Virus record (IMG/VR): IMGVR_UViG_3300012953_000034
Coordinates: 1-59,145 of that record
Strand: one strand, 5' to 3'
Origin: a virus
Lineage: Duplodnaviria > Caudoviricetes
DNA: 59,145 nucleotides
The notes below the pieces were generated by a model. That model ran no database searches and had not been told where the DNA came from. It was given only the letters and a program-made list of their open reading frames with translations. How positions within the stretch are numbered: position 1 is the stretch's first letter; every line of letters starts with the position of its first letter. Both the position numbers and the translations under genes were made by a program. This document shows, in pieces, positions 55,028 through 59,145 of the stretch.

Positions 55028-56091
55028 ATTTCTGGTTCAACCTCGCTTCCATAGATATCATTATAAGCATCTTCTATGTTGTTATCTGTGCAGTCTAGAT
55101 CTAAATCAATATAGTAAGACGTTTTATTGTAAATTTTCATTTTTTTGCATACAATTTCTGAATCAGCTAACGCATCATTTTTAAAATCAAAATAATAATC
55201 CACCGAAGTTAACGGCGGACTTGAGATTGATATTTCACTATCTGGCGCTGGTCGAGTCATTATTCCGTCTATTATTTGCGGTGTTTCTGATTCAAAATAT
55301 TTTCTTTGTAATACGGAGCCTGTAATTAGAAATACTTCTATATCAAAATTCTCAGTAAGTAGTTCTGTGTTTACTTCATCTACGTATATAATAGGATCTT
55401 GCTTTTTAAGTCGAATGTAGTTTTGATCAGAAAAATTAGGCGTTTTGTTTATCATTTCAGATAATGTTAGCTCACCACTCTCGCTGGGAATAGGGAACTC
55501 TGACGAACGTATTTCTTTCTCGTACTCGACTACGATATCTACTTGCGGGATGTTCACGGATGCAGAGGAAGAAGAGTGCAGAAACATTGATGGCGAAGAG
55601 CCAGTAATTTTTCCATTTAGTACTACTATTTTCCAAGCCGGCGCCACATTGGTATCCTTACTTGATAACATTGCATCGCCTATTGCTGAATCAAATTTAA
55701 AAGTATCTTGCCTAGGCAGGTACTGAATTGGCTCAACGTCGGCAGCAAAATAATTTTGCGTTCTCCTGAAGGCCCATTCGTAGTAGCTCCGGTCTTCTTC
55801 CGACAAATCTTGCGCAGCCAAATCTGGAGGCATTCGAACAAGTTTTTGTTGGGCACTGTTAACGTCTTCGAATAATACCATACTTCCAAGGTAGGAAGTG
55901 TCGTTTTTAATTCTTTCGTTGATTGAGTTTTGAGATTCGCTAATATTGCAATATTGATAATCATATATAACGTTATCATCAAAAAAAGCATATTGTGAAG
56001 CTTTATATTTACCAACAGAGAGAAGGTATCGTCCGTATGCAGTGAGCCTTAAATCATAGACTCTTTCTTTTTTATCTAAAATATTTGCCAT
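55018..56091 (-). CDS. Putative baseplate/virion protein
   Basis: N-terminal DLRLTAYGRYLLSVGK...YAFFDDNVIY, related to the N-terminus of 44023-45051. Confidence 0.55.
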   Translation of the reverse strand: MANILDKKERVYDLRLTAYGRYLLSVGKYKASQYAFFDDNVIYDYQYCNISESQNSINERIKNDTSYLGSMVLFEDVNSAQQKLVRMPPDLAAQDLSEEDRSYYEWAFRRTQNYFAADVEPIQYLPRQDTFKFDSAIGDAMLSSKDTNVAPAWKIVVLNGKITGSSPSMFLHSSSSASVNIPQVDIVVEYEKEIRSSEFPIPSESGELTLSEMINKTPNFSDQNYIRLKKQDPIIYVDEVNTELLTENFDIEVFLITGSVLQRKYFESETPQIIDGIMTRPAPDSEISISSPPLTSVDYYFDFKNDALADSEIVCKKMKIYNKTSYYIDLDLDCTDNNIEDAYNDIYGSEVEPEICP

Positions 56092-56106
56092 ATAATAATT
56101 ACACTT

Positions 56107-59100
56107 TTATTGTTTTTTCTTCAATTCAACTTTCTTTTTAGCTCGTTGTGTCTTGTCTAACACTTGATTTTGCTTACCTATATTCTGATTTGTGTTGGAC
56201 TGAAGCCCAGGGGTTCCTTTGTGTCTATTGAACTTGATGTCAACATCTAGCCTAATTGACTCAACAATCGATACAAAATCATATGGCCAGTTAAATCTCA
56301 AATACCTAGGATACTGGCCGGCCCAAGGGACAAATCCCTTCTGGTTGAAAACAGGTTCACCAGCCTGAGTAACCAACATATCCTTGTAAGATGATTGGCT
56401 ACGTTGTTTAACTTTGAAAACCATCCATCTCAAGTTTGGATTGGCGAGTAAATTTTTCTCTGTTAGCAGTTCATTATTACCTAAAGTATGAGCTACGCAT
56501 TCTTTTTCCATACTCATTCTGGTATAATTTCTAGGAGCAAGGTTCTGCCATATATACGATAAATCATCTTGATCCAATTCATACTTAAACTCAAATATGT
56601 ACATTACAATCGGGTCTAGCTGTTCATTTTGTGCAAAATCAAATTGCGGCGGAAATACATATCTTTCCATTGTTTGCATCATGTGTCTAATCGAGGCGCC
56701 CGAGGCTCCGAGGTTGTCGCCGGTTTGACTTTTTGCTTGTGCTTTCATTGCAGCTTTAAATCTCTTACGAGGAATATTGATAAATCTCTTTCTTAATTGA
56801 GCATTTGCGCCGGCTGGCTGCTGTTCGTCTGGCTCGAGCCCCTCCATTACATATGGAATCGCCACAACTGCTTCTCGGATGGTTTGTTTCTCTGCAATTT
56901 CACCAATTCGTGTAGTTGAGTTGTCCTCGTTAAAACCCATTAATTTTGAAAAAGATTTCATATTTTTATATACGTCAGGACCTGAGCCAGTATTATAGTT
57001 ATTGTATGCGCTAGAGCCTGTTACAACTTCATAGTGCCACCTGAGCCACGTTTTTGGAATTTCGCCAATTTCTAAGAAAATTCCCTTGTTAGCTTCGTCC
57101 GGTATCACGCCAAATTGGTGCCACATACCACGTGGAACAGATCCGGAACTATAGAGTGGATTCGACAACGTACTGCTTCCAGAAGGAAGGCTGCCAGATT
57201 GGGTAGCCGACGCAGATGAAATACTAGCTGTGATGGGGTGAACACCCGAATCAACAAAGTTCAGCATTGGAGTTTCAAATTTAGTTTGAATAACCCACCG
57301 GTCGGCGGCGACTTCGTTTGTTTGACTAGATGTGTCTCCAAATTTATCCGTTGTTGTCTTTTGAATCAACTCGACACCAAAAAGATTGACGGATGCATCT
57401 AGCTGCATTGCATTTGAATCAATATTTTGACTATTATAGGGAGCAAAATTTAGCGGCCATCTATCTATAGACTCTGTGCTACCGGGTGAAACTAACTCCA
57501 AGGACATATCACTAACAAGCGTTCTCGCATAGTAGCCCGGTTTTGCAGCGTGGAGGTCGTTCCTGTCTGCTCCAGGGTCGTATCTTCTTTTTACTACATT
57601 GACCTCTTGCAAAATTGCCTCTAGATCATAATCAACATTTGCACGAGGATAGAATATGAAATCAACCCAAGACTCACCGTGATAATAAGGAGGAGTCCAA
57701 GCCCAGTTATAACCATTAAGTGCGTCTTTGACTCCATATGCCGACGCAGATAATGAAAATTGGTGAGATAGGCCGCTAATGATGGATAGCTTGTCTGCGG
57801 CCGGTACATTGCCCCAATCTCCCGGTGTGCTTCCGCCTGAACCAGTAGCAGGTGGCCGGCCGCTAAGAGGGGGTCCAAACGCGGTGGGTCTGCTGTACAT
57901 AACGAAATTTTGCTTGAAGGACGGATTGAGGCCTGGATCTTGTGGGATTTCAAAGCTGGCTCCGGAGATAAACTTCTCTGGATCCGTTGGGCTTGCTACA
58001 CCAGGGCGCGAAAGATTTTTAAAGTATGCCTGGGCACCGTCAAAAGCATATCCCAAGTTGCTGCCTGAGTAGCCCCGCTCCCAGTCATAAGATCTGACAC
58101 CATCATAGGAGCACCTCATTCTAAGGCGCGCGCCAAATGCTTCGCCGGTTTTGAACTTATATTTTTTGACGTTTACACCGTTAGAAGCTAATCGACTGTA
58201 GCGTTTATCTCTCAAGAAAAACTTTCCAACTTCTGCAACAAAGTTTGATGCCATAAGGTTATAAACGGAACCACCGGGTGCAGAATTCAGAGAAGCAGTG
58301 ATTGGTTTTGGCATAGACGCCGATGGGTGGGGTTCACACTCAACAATTCGAAGATTATTAAGATATGCGGTTGGATTTACAAGCGCCTCAAATGGAATTC
58401 TATCTTCAAAAAACGTTCCAGAAATATATCCTAATTCATGCGTTGCACTCTGATCGTTGTCTTTGGGTTTTGAAATTTTCCCAAGAGCACCGGTTATTGT
58501 TACATCTGTATTCATTATCCAGTTTTCATTATAGAAGGAGGAACTGCCCCAGGAGATTGATGCTGTAACATGTTGTGGCTTGAGCTTTTGCCCCTCTCCA
58601 ATAATAGGATAATCCACCGCAATACCGGCTTTGATGGAGTTAAACAAAATGCCAGGGGAAAACAGCGGCTGATAAACAGGTCTGACGTAACTAAATTGTT
58701 CAATAGCAGAGCCCGTTTGTACCAATTCTCTATTGTCTTTTGTCAAATACGAAACTGTGGTGTAATCAGCATATGATTTTGAAAACTGATTTACAAGCTG
58801 TAAAGAGCGATCCGCGGGATAGAAGCCCTTATACGGATTAAATTTAATCGCTGCTTCACAAGTAAGTTTTATCTCTTCCGCCTTGAGACCTGACATTTTT
58901 CTAACGTCTAGGAAATTTTTCAAGAAATCTGAATTACTATAATCTTTATAGAAATTTTGATCGGAACTGTTTAGATACGTACCTGGAATAGAAAGCATTT
59001 TGAAATCTTGAGTTTCTGTTGTTCCCATATTCATATACTTCTCTACATGTTCTGATACTCTATACTCTGGCACCACGACGAAGCCTTTAGCAATAGTTTT

Positions 59101-59145
59101 AATATCCTGCCTAAAGTGATCGTAGTTATTATACCAAGGTTTCGA
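56107..59145 (-). CDS. C-terminal part of a very large virion protein (5' end outside the window)
   Basis: Frame stays open from 59076 to the window edge (SKPWYNNYDHFRQDIKTIAKGFVVVPE...); rich in TGS/SAS/SGS. Confidence 0.65.
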   Translation of the reverse strand, partial: SKPWYNNYDHFRQDIKTIAKGFVVVPEYRVSEHVEKYMNMGTTETQDFKMLSIPGTYLNSSDQNFYKDYSNSDFLKNFLDVRKMSGLKAEEIKLTCEAAIKFNPYKGFYPADRSLQLVNQFSKSYADYTTVSYLTKDNRELVQTGSAIEQFSYVRPVYQPLFSPGILFNSIKAGIAVDYPIIGEGQKLKPQHVTASISWGSSSFYNENWIMNTDVTITGALGKISKPKDNDQSATHELGYISGTFFEDRIPFEALVNPTAYLNNLRIVECEPHPSASMPKPITASLNSAPGGSVYNLMASNFVAEVGKFFLRDKRYSRLASNGVNVKKYKFKTGEAFGARLRMRCSYDGVRSYDWERGYSGSNLGYAFDGAQAYFKNLSRPGVASPTDPEKFISGASFEIPQDPGLNPSFKQNFVMYSRPTAFGPPLSGRPPATGSGGSTPGDWGNVPAADKLSIISGLSHQFSLSASAYGVKDALNGYNWAWTPPYYHGESWVDFIFYPRANVDYDLEAILQEVNVVKRRYDPGADRNDLHAAKPGYYARTLVSDMSLELVSPGSTESIDRWPLNFAPYNSQNIDSNAMQLDASVNLFGVELIQKTTTDKFGDTSSQTNEVAADRWVIQTKFETPMLNFVDSGVHPITASISSASATQSGSLPSGSSTLSNPLYSSGSVPRGMWHQFGVIPDEANKGIFLEIGEIPKTWLRWHYEVVTGSSAYNNYNTGSGPDVYKNMKSFSKLMGFNEDNSTTRIGEIAEKQTIREAVVAIPYVMEGLEPDEQQPAGANAQLRKRFINIPRKRFKAAMKAQAKSQTGDNLGASGASIRHMMQTMERYVFPPQFDFAQNEQLDPIVMYIFEFKYELDQDDLSYIWQNLAPRNYTRMSMEKECVAHTLGNNELLTEKNLLANPNLRWMVFKVKQRSQSSYKDMLVTQAGEPVFNQKGFVPWAGQYPRYLRFNWPYDFVSIVESIRLDVDIKFNRHKGTPGLQSNTNQNIGKQNQVLDKTQRAKKKVELKKKQ

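Noticed and set aside
1-59145. Alternative genetic code (stop-codon recoding)
   Set aside because: Conserved genes are full length in the standard code, and TAA, TAG and TGA all end genes at expected positions
1-59145. CRISPR array, tRNA, rRNA, intron or intein
   Set aside because: No spaced repeats or cloverleaf-like segments seen; intergenic gaps are short; terminase, primase and capsid genes are uninterrupted and lack intein motifs

Overview
The window is a fragment of a large (jumbo-type) T4-like myophage genome. Every credible gene is on the minus strand and uses the standard genetic code. In transcription order it contains: a cluster of large, probably baseplate/virion proteins; RuvC, an FKBP/SlyD-type PPIase, DNA primase, a host-like lipoprotein, a fused Mre11-Rad50 (SbcD-SbcC) nuclease-ATPase and a tubulin/FtsZ-family GTPase; a holin/spanin-like trio; terminase, portal, prohead protease and ribosomal protein bS21; a cluster of Ser/Gly/Thr-rich fibre proteins; scaffold, major capsid, neck gp13/gp14, tail terminator, sheath, tube, a gp26/gp51-like chaperone pair and the start of a probable tape measure gene. 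The most unusual signals are: (1) a [S/T]-[G/A]-S tripeptide concentrated in predicted exposed parts of virion proteins, a candidate modification sequon; (2) a probable +1/-2 frameshift joining the gp26- and gp51-like ORFs; (3) a recurrent ACTAHTTA late-promoter-like motif whose core is the reverse complement of the T4 late promoter; (4) small proteins sharing an N-terminal capsid-targeting-like peptide; (5) hidden small ORFs, including a Cys-Cys peptide abutting the protease gene. All assignments come from motif recognition by eye; no database searches were run.
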